Assembly (NCBI GenBank): GCA_000165425.1
Contig: CT868031.1
Coordinates: forward strand, 62,001 to 126,000
Source of the DNA: Paramecium tetraurelia
Taxonomy: Eukaryota
Length of the DNA: 64,000 nucleotides
Direction of reading: 5' to 3'
Below, in pieces: positions 39,978 to 53,500 of this stretch. The notes beneath the pieces are model-generated. The model was given only the letters and a program-made list of their open reading frames with translations, had not been told where the DNA came from and did no database searches. The number at the start of each line of letters is the position of its first letter. Positions within the stretch are counted from its first letter, which is position 1. A program made the translations under genes and the position numbers.

Positions 39978-41482
39978 TCATGATTATTTTGATTAATCAA
40001 AGACAAAGATCTTCTCATTGTTTGATTGGTACTCATACCCAGCAAATTATTATTGAGCATTGGGATCTCGCAACAACTAAATGTTTTGAGCAATGAGTTC
40101 TGCATTTTCCTCATCCTCAATGACAATCTGTCTTTAATCAAAATTGTCATCACTGGGATTCGGAACAAATGGAGCCTTCAATTCCCTATTTTAGAGTTTA
40201 GACCATGGGAAGTTTTTGAACCACGGATGCAACTTGATCTCATGGCCCCCATTGAAACCGAGACGACTTGCTGGTTTGCGTTGGAGCAGCCGATTCACAA
40301 AGTCTACAGCTTCCACGCTCCAGTTTGGAGGTACTTCACTTGCCTTGATTTGGACCTGTCGAGCAAGAATTTAATCGCGGATCTCTTGACGAGACCTGCC
40401 CACATAAGGACGCTACGAATAGTGACATCATAATATTACCCTTCCTAACATAAACTCATAGGCAATGACTCCAAGTGCATAATAGTCGACAGCAAATGTA
40501 TGATTTTGTCGACACATGACTTCAGGTGCTTGTTAATGAATTAATATAAATCAATAAATACCCATATAGCCAGGAGTTCCAGAGGTGTCACTTGAGTTTT
40601 CCTATTTCATGACACGAGCAATTCCCAGATCGGTGATGTGGACAAATCCCTTTTCATCGAGCACCAAGTTTTCTGGTTTGATGTCTCGATGAATGATATT
40701 ATTAATGTGTAGATACTCGAGACCAATGAAGATGGATGCCACAAAGAACTCTGAAATGTTACATTATACTTACTAGTTTGTTCCTCGTTGAAACGTCGCA
40801 TTCTCCCAATGTGAAATCGCAGATCACCTCCACACATGTAATCCATCACTAGGTACAGGTTCTCACGATCTTGGAATGCATAGTACATGTTGATGAGGAA
40901 TGTATGTTTAAGTTGGCTAAGCAGCATTCTCTCATTCATCACAGAATTCACACTTTTCTTAGTGATAACAAGGGCTTTGGACATCTCCTTCATTGCAAAC
41001 TGTTGTCCTGTTCTTTTTACCCTCCACACTTTGCCAAACCCTCCAATACCAATTACATATTCAAATGTGAAAGCTGCCTTGTTTATCTGTTTTGCATCAG
41101 TTGCTTTCGGACTTATTACCTCCGACTCCTTATTCACTTTTCGCACCTGCGCTGAGTCATTCCGAATATGTATGGGTCCTGATGGAGTTTTGGCTGACAT
41201 TGCAATTGCACGAGCTTTGGCTATTAATTGAGTCATTGAATCTTTTGATCCCTCCGATGACGATTGCTTCACTTTCTGCTGTTTCATCAGAGTTGCCAAT
41301 TTCGTTAGATCTATCGAAGAGTTTTTGTGAGGATAGAAGGCTTTGGGTAAACTCACTTGAGTAGGAGACACAGCAGGACTTTAGATCGTATACTAAGAAG
41401 GACTTTTAGATTTCAACAACAAAGTATTGATGAGTTTATTATTTGGACTGCTAGCCTAACTCATCTTCGGAGTTTGCTTCAT
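39978..41482 (-). CDS. AGC-group Ser/Thr protein kinase
   Basis: [49 protein letters not shown]-tail. Confidence 0.95.
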
Positions 41483-42163
41483 TATATTAATTAATCAATA
41501 TAATGAAAATTATGAGATAGTCTATTCTTTTAGAAATAGATAGAAGTAAACAGTTGTATAGGTTAGTAAAAAGGAAAGACTTTCAGATCCTTTATTTGAA
41601 ATATCTTGGAAATAATCTTTAATAATGTGATGATCAAGTTGAAGAAGTAGTTTTAGTATTTTTTATAAGAGTGCTAGAGTATTTCAAATATTAAAGATGA
41701 GTGTATATATCCTAGATTATTGGATAATTTATAGTAAAGGTGAGAATTATATAAATTAATGATATTCTTGGTGAAATTAAGAAGAAATTTGTTAAAAAAT
41801 GAATATACTAAAAATTTTAGCTTTCATGATAATTTGCAAAATATGATTTTAATTACTAACAAATATGAACTTAAACATCAACAAATTTCTTTTTACATAT
41901 TGTAAACCCTTTTATTGGCATTTTTAATTATTATTCAAAAGGAATGTATTAGAATAAAGAAATATTTATAATGAAATTTAATCATTCATAAGAAATGTTA
42001 CAATAATTATAGCCATAGAAGGATTGAAGGAGGGCATAAAAATGTATAAGTCAATAACAACTAATTCCGATGCAAACTTCCTTAATATTATAAAATGAAA
42101 CATGATAAATTTGATACTTGTTTTATTCAATTATACTATTACTATTAATATTATATTTTATAA

Positions 42164-42199
42164 CTTCTTCATCATCATCATCATCTTCATCATCTTCAT
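42164..42199. repeat. Imperfect (CAT/CTT)n trinucleotide repeat
   Basis: cttcttcatcatcatcatcatcttcatcatcttcat; reads as poly-D/E on the minus strand. Confidence 0.8.
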
Positions 42200-42308
42200 G
42201 AAATATAATCAATATTTTAATCAAGTAGCTCTTAGAATGTTCAATTCTATTGTAATTTATTATTATATTATATTAAAAATATTATAAATTCAAATTTCAT
42301 ATTTAACA

Positions 42309-44385
42309 ATGTCAGATTAAGTCAAAGAGTTAATCGAGGAAATGATTCCTAAAGTAAGAGTTCCTACAATTAATCTTAGATTAGAGAAGAAATCATAAGG
42401 GAGTTGAAACCCCAATATGAAGCTCAATATTTTGAGTAGATGAACTAAGCAAAATAGGAAATAGCAGGTTCTCAATTCATTAGTAATCAATTGGCAGAAA
42501 AACGAAGAGAGGTTTTTCATTTCATAAATAATGATAGCTGGCATAATAGATTATGAATTAAATTGAGTAGGAGTTCGAGCAAGAAAAACAATCTCTGATT
42601 CATAATGTTTCTGTGAGTTTGAGCAAAAGCAGATCAATGCAAGTCTTAGAATAATAGTATTAATTAATGAGAATAAATAGATTGAGATAAAAAATACAGA
42701 AAGAATACAATGGTTATGTAGAGGAGGAAGTGAGGAAAAAAATCCATTTGATCAAATTGAATTGCTAAAAGACCTATGAGGAGGATAGAGTCTAGATGAA
42801 AGACTAAATGACAAATGAATTCACTGAGAAGCTCTAGATTCATTTAGAATAGCTTGAATAAAGTATAATCCATTTATAGTTCCTAAGCAAAATCGCAATT
42901 GACAGTTGACTATCAAAATTAGAGAGAGAAATTGTTAAGAATAGAGGCTGAAACCAAATAATTCTAATCTTAAAAAGAAACTCAAGAAAATACATATGGA
43001 TCGCAGATTTAAGAAATTCACGAGTAGATCAAATTGCTCCAGGATCAATTATCATAAATTAAGGCTTTAAAACATTAAGCCGTCAAACAAAAACCTCAAA
43101 AGAAGGAAGTAATTTAACCTTAGCAAAATGACACACAATCACAATTGTCACCTTATCAATCGGCAATCAAAAACCAAGTCCTTCAAGAATGCTTAATTTA
43201 TGATGGATTGAACATTGCCAATTTTGATGAATTACCAGATTTATTTCATTTGGAAATTAAATAAAATGTAAATGAGAATAAGTAATCAGCTTAAAATATG
43301 ATTCCATAGTATGAGTCAAATCATATTTAAAAATCAGAGATTGCCTAAACTATAAACACCTAGATTAATACTCATGATAGTTAGATTATTTCATTCAATA
43401 TATCCTAACCTTCAATTGTTAAGAATACTGTTAATCATACTTAAAATAACATAAGTTCAACTTAATAAAAGTAATAGTTCTCTTAACAATAATAAATTTA
43501 GAAGCAATCATAAATCCAATAAGAAAAGGAGAATGATCCTTCTATATACGGTATAAGTAATTTTTAAAAACGATCCTCACAATCTCCTAATCAATAAAGA
43601 AATAGTTAGTAGGATGAATAAACCAAGAAATCCTCATTCATCAATCAGTCAACAATAATAGAGAAGTTGGAAAATCTGTGCAAGGAGAAGATTAGACAGT
43701 CACAGACAAGTAACAATTAAAGATAATCAAAAATCCTATTGCCTCAAGACCATTTTGAAGAACTCTTTTAGATAGATTCAAAAGATAATCAAACTACTAG
43801 AAATATCAAATTATTAAGATAAGAGTTGTAAACAAAATTTTTAGAGGACATCTAATTAGAAGACTATTATTTCCAATAGATTACTTTCTTCAAGTTAAAT
43901 TTTGTTTAATAGTACCCAAAAAACTAGTAATCTCAAATAGCAGAATAGATATAAGAATTAATTTCTATTTGGAATAAAGGTCATTTATCTTTTTCAGAAC
44001 GAATAGATTACATTAAACGAATAATCAATAGTTCAAATTCTACTGAAGAATTGGAGTCGATTTTGGAAGAGTGTTTAATCTATTATCAATAAAGTATATT
44101 ATGTATTCAAAATTAGATGAACTTCTAATAGAGAAACTATAGTAGAGATAGTCATTTAGATCTCAGATTTTGAAAGAGAATTACTTGTGTTAAAAAAACA
44201 AGAAAGTATTTGCAGCATTAAAAAGTTTAACATATGAAATTAAGGGCTTACTCAAATATAAATTCTTTTGGAGGGAAGTTGACGTTGATTAGATTATAAT
44301 GATCGATTAGTTTGAGTAATAATTAATTGAAAGAGAGGAGATGAAAGAAGAAATCAAAAGGAAGGTCGAAAAAAAGTTTAAGTGA
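42309..44385 (+). CDS. Hypothetical coiled-coil protein with an IQ-like motif
   Basis: Code-6 frame with tiny introns; N-terminal coiled coil; NKIFRGHLIRR IQ-like segment. Confidence 0.65.
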
Positions 44386-44711
44386 ATAATTTTACAACAT
44401 TATTATCTACTCTTTTACCATATTGTCTTGCTTATTTAATTATTTTAAATAAAATGTCTTAGTTATGATAATTCAAATTATTCTATCATTAATTACCAAT
44501 TATTCTCAAATCTAATAAGAATTAAAAGAATTAAAAATAAATAATAATTTATGAGTAGCAGTTTTCTAGTTGTATAAATTCTATTTTTATGTGAAACCAG
44601 TTTCCTTTCTTGTTGATATGTCCAGATGTGTTATTATTTACAATCATTAGTAAATAATGAAAGTAATCTACATATAATGATGATTATTTCATAATTTATT
44701 TTATTAAAAGC

Positions 44712-45562
44712 ATGGCAACATTTTAGGAGAGGTTTAAAGGGAAGACGACAGTGATGGGTAGAAATGGATTGGAATCAGTTTTGAATACATGTCAATAGCC
44801 CATCAAAAAGGAACTTGATTGTATGATTATCAAATAATCAAGATCAAAATAAACCACCTCTAATATACTAGCCTCTCTAGCAATAAACAAATATTCAAAT
44901 ATCTCCAATAAAAATTTAATACAACAAACAGACTAACAACTAAACCCTCTATTAACATAATCCATATATTGGGGAACAATAGATACAAGACTCTCTTTAA
45001 TACTTAAGTCAACAATAATACTTTCAGCCTATAGCAAATTATCAAGTAGTTTCAGAACCACAAAAGAAAGAGGATACTCGATCAAAATCAGCGAAATAAT
45101 AATTAGATTCAGCAGATGAATCACACCGCTACAAACCATACACTCTAAAGGATTATGAAATTATGAAGAAGACTGCCAATGCAAAATTAGGAGGCTTGGG
45201 TCCCAATCTAAGTGGAGATGAATGGGCAAAAGAAAAGGAGAAAGTATTGAAACGTTAAGAATTTGCAGAGTAAGTGAGATAGTTCAATTCAACAAACATA
45301 ATAACAACGAAAATAAGAGAACCCAAGCAATCAGAACCTAATGCAAGGTAGAGATAATATATCATCTAGAACCAAAGCAATGGATTTTGCTAGAAATATT
45401 CCAAAACCCCAAATAAGGAAAAAAGATGAATAGCCTATTAAAAGCATTCCAAATAGACCTTCAGAAAACAATAATATTAGCAGAGATCCATTTGATGATG
45501 AAATTGCTCGTCTTGAGAAAGAACACTTAAAGTATTTAAACTAATTGGATAAAATGAAATGA
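44712..45562 (+). CDS. JHY: JHY-like (C11orf63) ciliary protein
   Basis: YKPYTLKDY...KLGGLGP...KRQEFAEQVR...KAMDFARNIPKP matches my recollection of the JHY C-terminal domain. Confidence 0.75.
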
Positions 45563-45596
45563 TAATTTTATATATATATATATTTATTAATAACTA

Positions 45597-47254
45597 ATGA
45601 GTCTTGAGGAATTTGATGCATTCACATCCTTAAAAGCTTTAAGAGATCTGAAAAAGTAGATTGAATCGAAGGCCCAAGTGGACTAGAAATCAAGAGCTGC
45701 ATTACAATACATCTAGAAAGCACAACCTTTAAGTTAATATGATTTGAGAATACAATTTCAGCATTGGCTAGCAAAGTTAGGAGATTTAAGCACCAAATAA
45801 ATTGCGTATACTAATATATTTTCATTGGTCTAATAAAATCAATCTTAACCGAATCTTTAACTATTGATAACTTGTCTCTAAACACCAATAAATGGCAAAG
45901 GGAGTGAAAGCATCATCAAAACTATTAACATTATTGTTGGAATATATGGAGACACAATTACCGTCACAGACATTTACAAATTCATCGAAATTATGCTTAA
46001 ATACTTTAATGTACATAAAGCATTATCAATATATATAGGATTCTAACAATAATGTTCAAATGGCAATCAGTGAATGTTGGTCAAATACTTACATCAAAAA
46101 TATATCCAAAAAGCCAGTTCAATAAAGAGTTTTGCTGATGTACTCTACTCTAAGCTAATTAATTGGATCTGGAGGCAGCAGACAAACATAAGAAACTGCA
46201 ACCATAGTCCTGTCATAATTATTTGAAACATTGACTACTGCTTAGGATTTAGCATTTATAAAGGATGTGGTTAAAGATTACCTAGGCATTTATTTGGTAT
46301 TTATTGAATTAACAAGAAATAACAAATAGACCATTCCGGATTTTACACCATTATGTTTTATATCATAAAGACCTTATAAATATAAAGTTTCACAAGCTAG
46401 TAGATCCAGGTTATCGATAAGACTCTTCAAGGAATTAATAACTAAAAGCTCAATTATAGAGTAATAAATAATAAATGAAATTATTTTAGACTAGAGTGGG
46501 AGCATTGAATTTGATGAAATTAATTGCCACTTAGTACTAGAACTCTAATTTCAAAATTGCTTTAGGGAATTTACATGAATAAGTTATCATAGTATTGGAA
46601 GATTCAACGAGGGATAGAGTAATTGCAGTTTAAAATGCAGCTCGAACAGCTCTTAAAGAATGGATGAGACTTAAGTTGTCTGTGGATTGCGAATTAATGC
46701 CTAATCCTGTTTCTCTTGATTTATCTCCTGGTTTCTTAAAAAAATAAAGTGGGTCTGGAGGTGGACAGGTTTATGTAAATCAAAAAATACAGAATTAACA
46801 ACAATTTAAATAAGATATTAAGCAAGCTTTGATTGAAGATCAATTCGAAAATACTGTTGATTACTCTAATATTGTTCATGAACCTAATCTCAACGTGTGG
46901 CAAAAGGCTATGAGACTTTAATAGGATGGTTTATTAGAAGATGCTGTTGAACTTTTGCTTCATGAAGGCGATGATCTTTATTTGATCAGATTTTTGATGA
47001 GTTACAAAAATTACTCTCAATTATTTGATCTTCTTTCAAATTCTTTAGCTTTGAGATTAATTGACACTTTAATTTTAATCTTGGAATCTGATTTCCTTAA
47101 CATTTTATGTTTGGATTTCATTCAGTAATTTATCGATTGTGGATTGGGAGATTGGTTTAAAGACTCTGAGTTTACAGATTACTTAGAATATAACACCGAA
47201 TAAAACTTGCCATCCACTTCATTGTGTAAAAAAGTTAGAGACTAATTGAAGTGA
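45597..47254 (+). CDS. HEAT/TOG-like protein similar to TORTIFOLIA1/SPIRAL2
   Basis: HEAT repeats ending DRVIAVQNAARTALKEW; C-terminal VWQKAMRLQQDGFIEDAVELLLHEGDDLYLIRFL. Confidence 0.7.
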
Positions 47255-47884
47255 TTATATATCAATATTAAATTAAATTTTCCTTTGAATGGAATCGCAG
47301 GACCGTACAAGTTAAAAATCATCAACCGCTGAGATCTAAGAAGTATTTTAATCTTTTCTACAGAAACCATTGTCGATTGACTCCTCGGATGATTGCATTG
47401 AACTGAAACCACAAGAATATAAAGGTTATAAATATAATATTTAGTGAGCATTCTAAAACAAAAATTGAAAAATAAGTAACAAACATATTCGCTAACTAAA
47501 ATACTATTTGGATTTCGATTTGATTATCAAAAAGCTGCTTGTTTAATATGCAAAAAAGAGGGCCATGTCAATTGTTGCCAAATTAATTTCCAAATTGATA
47601 ATATTTATAAAAAATGACTGAATTTTTTTAAGTAAATGTTCACTTAAAAATGTTTCAGAGATCTTTTCTTTGAGTGGTTCATTTTTAAATCATTTTATTA
47701 ATACCTGAATGATATCTTCATTATAATCTTGATGATTTATGGAGAAAACCAGAAAACCTCATGATTGTAAAATCTTAATAATGAACTTCCATTTTATTAA
47801 TATTATTTGTTTTGGTCTTCGAATTTATCAAATTTCTCAATAATTTAGTAATATTACTCAAAAATTTTAATAAAAATTATTTAC

Positions 47885-48939
47885 ATGGAGGTCTAATAAA
47901 CTTTGACAGTTTGTGTTACTGGTGCTGCAGGATAGATTGCGTACAGTTTCATCCCTTTGCTTTTGTCTGGTTAAGTTTTTGGATAGGTTAAAATCAATTT
48001 GAGATTATTGGATATTCCAAAGATGGAAACAGCATTGAAAGGAGTAGTCATGGAAATTGAAGACTGTGCATATCCTTTAATCGGAGATATATAAACTGGT
48101 TCAAATCCTAAAGAGTTATTCAAAAATTGTGATTTGATTGGTAATTCCAACTTTAATTGTAGTGTTTTTGGGAGGATTTCCCCGTTTACCAGGAATGGAG
48201 AGAAAGGATTTACTACAAAAAAATGCCAATATTTTCAAAGAATAAGGAGAAGCTCTTTAGGAAGTAGGAAAGGATGACGTAAAATGTGTAGTTGTTGCCA
48301 ATCCTGCAAATACAAATTGTTTAATTTTAAGTAGATACGCAACTAAGTATATTATTAATTTTAACTTAGAATTCCTCGTTAAAATTTCACATGTTTGACT
48401 CGTTTGGATTAGAATAGAGCATACGCTTAAGTTGCTTTAGCCTTAAATAAACCATTAAATAGTCTTAAGAATATCATTATTTGGGGTAATCATTCTACTA
48501 CTCAATATCCTTCAATTGAACATGCTACAGCTGATGGATAATCTTTTGTTTTACCAGATTAGGGACAATTTATCGAGCGAATCTAGAAGAGAGGGGCTGA
48601 GGTTTTGAATGCTCGAGGAAATAGTAGTGTTTTCTCTGCTGCAAATGCTGTTAAAGGTATTTAAAAGGATGCATAATTTTAGATCATATTAAAGATTGGT
48701 TTAATGGCAGAGAGGATACTCTATTATCACTTGGAGTCCTTTCAAATGGTGAATATGGAGTGTAGAGTGGTTTGTGTTTTTCATATCCAATCAGATGCCT
48801 TGGAGCTTTTAAATATGAGATTGTTGGAAATTTAGAGTTGAGTGACTTTTCAAAATAAAAACTCAAGGTGACTGAGGAAGAACTGATACAAGAATAGGGT
48901 TTGGCAGAATCAATTTGAAAAAAAGGATATTCTTAATGA
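47885..48939 (+). CDS. MDH1: Cytosolic malate dehydrogenase
   Basis: [57 protein letters not shown]. Confidence 0.97.
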
Positions 48940-49009
48940 AAATGAAATATTAAAATATAAGATTTACAAATAAAATCATATGAATATATATGCAAATCAA
49001 AAAGTGGAT

Positions 49010-49417
49010 TCACATATGGACAAATTTAGACTTTTAAAAATGTACTTTCTTCTGTTAACTTTGTTAACAAGATTTTTAACTTATCGTTTTTTAAGATTAA
49101 GGCCTTCTAAGTATTCCTTTTTTATATGTTTCAGTCTTATTTATTGAGAAATCAAGGCTATTTCGTTATGTATTCTAGGATGCTGTTCTTCTATGAGAAC
49201 CTTCAAAAAAAGATCCATTAGAATCCGAAGGTATTTCGTCATCTATAAACTCTTTAGATTTTTAGATTAAGATTTTAGATATGTCTTATTTGGTCGGGCA
49301 ATGAGTGTACAGTTTGGCATTGCATTAGAAAGGATATGCTCTGATATCGAAATGATCTAATAATAGTTGAGGAGATTATTCAATAGAGGATTGGTTTAAA
49401 GCGCAAGCAGTTCCCAT
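49010..49417 (-). CDS. Small hypothetical protein (135 aa), MGxxC N-terminus, SILK-like and RVxF-like motifs
   Basis: ATG and TGA in the same code-6 frame; MGTAC...KGILRRP...KKVHF. Confidence 0.7.
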
Positions 49418-49741
49418 TGAGAGTTTATTTTTAAATATATTAAAAAATGAAAACTTCGATTCATTTAATTTTGTTAAAAATGAAGGTTTTTCTTCCAAAT
49501 GAACTCATATTTTCTTATGGAAAATACAATTTCAACAGTTTATCACGAATTATGAAAAATATCAAAATTCAAAGATTAAAGTCTGCAATTTTAGAGATAT
49601 TCAATATTACAAATAATTCAATAATTAAAATTACAAAAAACCTTGATAAATTGACAAATCAAATTGTATCTACATAAAAGATATCCATATTATATTAGAA
49701 CAGAAATATAATTTTCCTTTGATTATTTAATATGATTCATA

Positions 49742-50430
49742 TCAATGATGATGGTGATGAGCTTCACCTTGTCCATGTCTTCTTGCAACAGCCTATCTAG
49801 ATTCTGCCTCAACTCTTTCTATGTAAGTCTTGCCTTCTAAATTCATGAGCTGAATGTGTCTATTTTATTCCTCATAAGTCTCCAATAGTTCAGTTGCAAA
49901 ACTCTTTTCTCCAGGGACCATTCTTTACAAACCCATGTCACCTGTAATGCCTATTCATATTGATTATAATCCTTACTCAAATCTAGGAAATGCTTAACCA
50001 TGAATGGTCTTTCTTATTGGACCTTTCTAGGATAGTTTACAATTGGGTTTTTTAAATAATCTGGCTGGATGTTCCAAAATCTGGCTTCATAGAATACTTC
50101 ATATGTGAACATAATTGCTGCAAAAGCTGCAACAATATATTTCGAATCGAGTATCAAATATTTAATGGCATTCTGAGCTGAATTCAAATAGCCCTCATCT
50201 ACAGATCATATTAATTAATTACTCTAATTAATAAAGTATTCTGGCATCACACCGCAATAAAACCATAAATTTGTATCAAATACATCCATCTATAGAATAA
50301 TTCAATAGTTGCATACTCTTCTTTTATGTTGATATGCTACTGTCAAAGGCACATCAGGTCTATCCCATCCATGACCACCTCTAGTTGCTATGTTTCTTGC
50401 TGCACTTCTTCTCAATATCACACTCAACAT
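49742..50430 (-). CDS. Mitochondrial complex I accessory subunit NDUFB8-like
   Basis: Arg-rich presequence, RGGHGWDRPDVPL, DTNLWFYCGVMPEYFI, one TM helix, His-rich C-terminus; tiny introns. Confidence 0.6.
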
Positions 50431-50522
50431 TTCGATAAATTATTTAATATATATATATATATTTCCAAAATAAATATGATAGAGAATATTAAACCTATAT
50501 AAATTAATAATATCAACCTAAA

Positions 50523-53500
50523 TCAATAGTGAATAACTTTCTGTTGGATTTAGTTAAAAATTAATAGGTGTGATCCTATTGGCTTGCCCTTTTTATATTC
50601 TCCTTCCACTATCAAATCAAGTCCAGTTTAATGATGGTGAATGGCTTTAACATTCTTACCATGCTAAACATTATCCTAAAACTCACCTTCATAAGTTATG
50701 GACTTCTATCCTCCTTACCTTATTATCAATCTCCCGAAACCTACTCTCTGATTCTTCTTCCATTCTCCCTCATATTCAGATTAATCAGCATATACTTTCT
50801 TTCCTTACCCATGTATATATCCCATTATAAAATCCCCTTCATATATTTCATATACATTAAATTTATAAGCTTCCAAAAACAACTTTTCTCTGTAAGGCTT
50901 AAACCATTTCAATCTTGCCTTTCCATGCTTCACCTCAAATTCCTAGTTGTAATACCCCACATATTAAGTCAATAATCCTTTATCGTTCATCTCCAACACT
51001 TGCCCCCAATAAAACTTGCCTTTCTTAAAAAAGCCCTTATATATTGATGAAACTCCCCTCTTTCTCAAAATCCCCATTCCATCTGGATAATCATCAAGAG
51101 TTTCGCCTTTATATTTTGAACCTTAGAAATCATAAAATTGAAGTTTCCTATTCTTGAACTACTATGAAAAGTTATAACAATAACTAGGAACTAAATCAGT
51201 AATTTAATAAGCATCCTAAATTAATTAGAATTCGCGTATATATTTATTCTACGAGAGTAGTTCAGAATCCTTATCATCTACCAATTGTTTTATGGCTTTT
51301 AAGTAAGCAGCTTGGAAGGTTAGATAATTAGTATTTTTTGAAGATTACTTCGTACTCCCTTCATTACTAACTTCATCAATTTTATTGATTTAAATCTTAT
51401 TTCTATCATGTTTCCTCTTTATTTCATTAATGATATCAATCTATTCTTATATGATCTTTTTCTATCTTTGAGTTGATTTAAGTTTTAGATCTTTCAGAGC
51501 TGCCTTATACTTTTTTCTCTCCTCAGCACGTAATTTCCTAATAAGAGCATCCGGTAGCAAGTTATCAAAAGAAGGATTTCTTAAAAACTCAATAATTTTC
51601 TATTTATTTAATTCTTCTTGTTCCTTTAGCTTTATTTCTTTTAGTTTATTTTCAACAGCAGATTGTGAGGCTATCAGTCTATCCCCTTATTTTCTATCCT
51701 TGGGCACCTTGTCCAATAAGCGTAAGTAAATTTTTAGTTCCTCCTTATTAAGTAATTCGACTTACTGTTTTTTTAATATATTTTATAAAATTGGATTTTG
51801 TTTAAGCTTTTTTAAATCTTCCTTCACCTCTATTAATTTTTATATTAAATCGGTAACAAATTTATTACTCTGTATTTCTGATTTTAATACATTTAATTGA
51901 TCTTCATTAAGGTAAGTTAGTAGATGAGGATAATTCTAGATATTGTTATCATCAAAAAAATGATCTGCCTCTTGCTTTTTTTAAATAACATCTAGGCCGT
52001 CATTGACATCATCAATTAATTACAGCTATTCTTTTTCTTTCTAAATCACAATTTCATCAAACAATTATTGAATCTGCTTTTAGTTCTTTTTACCTTGTTC
52101 ATCCTCAAAGATATTAGTTGGATCATTAGGATGCTATTCCAAATGATTAAAAATTCTTTTAATCAATTTTAATTACTTCAAAATCTCATTTTAATCTTTA
52201 TCCTTTAACTGTATCACACCTTCATTTAATTAATTTTTTATTATTTTCAAAGAGACAGGATTTTCTTGTGATTCCTAATCTATGGTTTCTTTTGGATCTT
52301 CAAATTGTTGAATCTGTTAAAATGAGTTGTCTTTGTTGATAATTTCTTAATTATTTTATCTATTAGTCTTTTTTTTATCTGGAAATTATTACTAATTATT
52401 TTCAGTTATATCAATCAATAGTGAATAATCATCTTGCTATTGATTTTGAACAATTATAACACTTCCATCATCAATTTGATTTGCTTCATAATTTTCATCA
52501 TTAAATGGCTGCAAAACTTACAATGAATTTTTCATGATACTGATATTGCTTTTTTCTACTTAAGATTAAATCCCATTCTTACTTTAATTTGGATCATCAG
52601 TTTATGGAATCAATTTCTGTTTTGAGGGAATAATTATCAATAAATTAGTCTATTAGGAATTTTATTATTGAGTTTAGATTTCAGTTTTTGAATCTTTTAG
52701 TTCTAATAAATTAAATTCTTATTGACCAGATTAAATGATTTATTTCTATACTTGATTCTCCTTAGGAACTTATTAATCCTCACTTTCAAAATCATCGATT
52801 GCCAATATGTTAATTTATTTTACTTTATCTTAAATCTCTTTTTATCCTTGAAATGAATTCAATTATCCTATGGGTTTCTCTTCGTCATTTAAATTTAATA
52901 AATCATAATTATTTGAATTATTAAATTAAAAATTTTAATTATCTATATACGTAACAATTTCACTCATATTGCTATTATTCTAATTTACTTAAACTATTTT
53001 TTAATCTTCTAAAAACTAAAAGTTTTGAGTTTAATTAAACATTGAAATAAAGTTATTAGAAGTTTCTCCCTATTTATTATCATCAATTTTATCCAATTAA
53101 ATAATTTATAAACACCCTAATTATTGGTTATCATTTTTTGATTTGCCTCCTTAGGTTTATCCGATTTATATAACATCTTAAACTTGTTCTAGATTTATTG
53201 GAGTACCTTTATCATTTCTATCAGTTAACACTTGTAATTATGACTGCATTGGAACCAAAATAATATGGTCATTTTAAGTTTTAGTATCTTCAACTTGAAC
53301 TCCTTCAAATTGTTATTGATTGAACTCATAATTTACTACTGCTAAGCTTGGCTTGATTTAAGTAACATTATTCAAGTTTTATGGATTATCTTGAATTTAG
53401 AAAAATTGGAGAGGATTTAAAGAAAAATCATATTGTTGAGATTCTGGCTTAATTCTTGTAGGGCTCTATTAATTTTACCTTTAGGGTATTTAATTTGGTA

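Noticed and set aside
40600..40640. DLG in place of DFG in the AGC kinase as a sign of inactivity
   Set aside because: DLG is a tolerated variant; the Gly loop, catalytic Lys and HRD are intact
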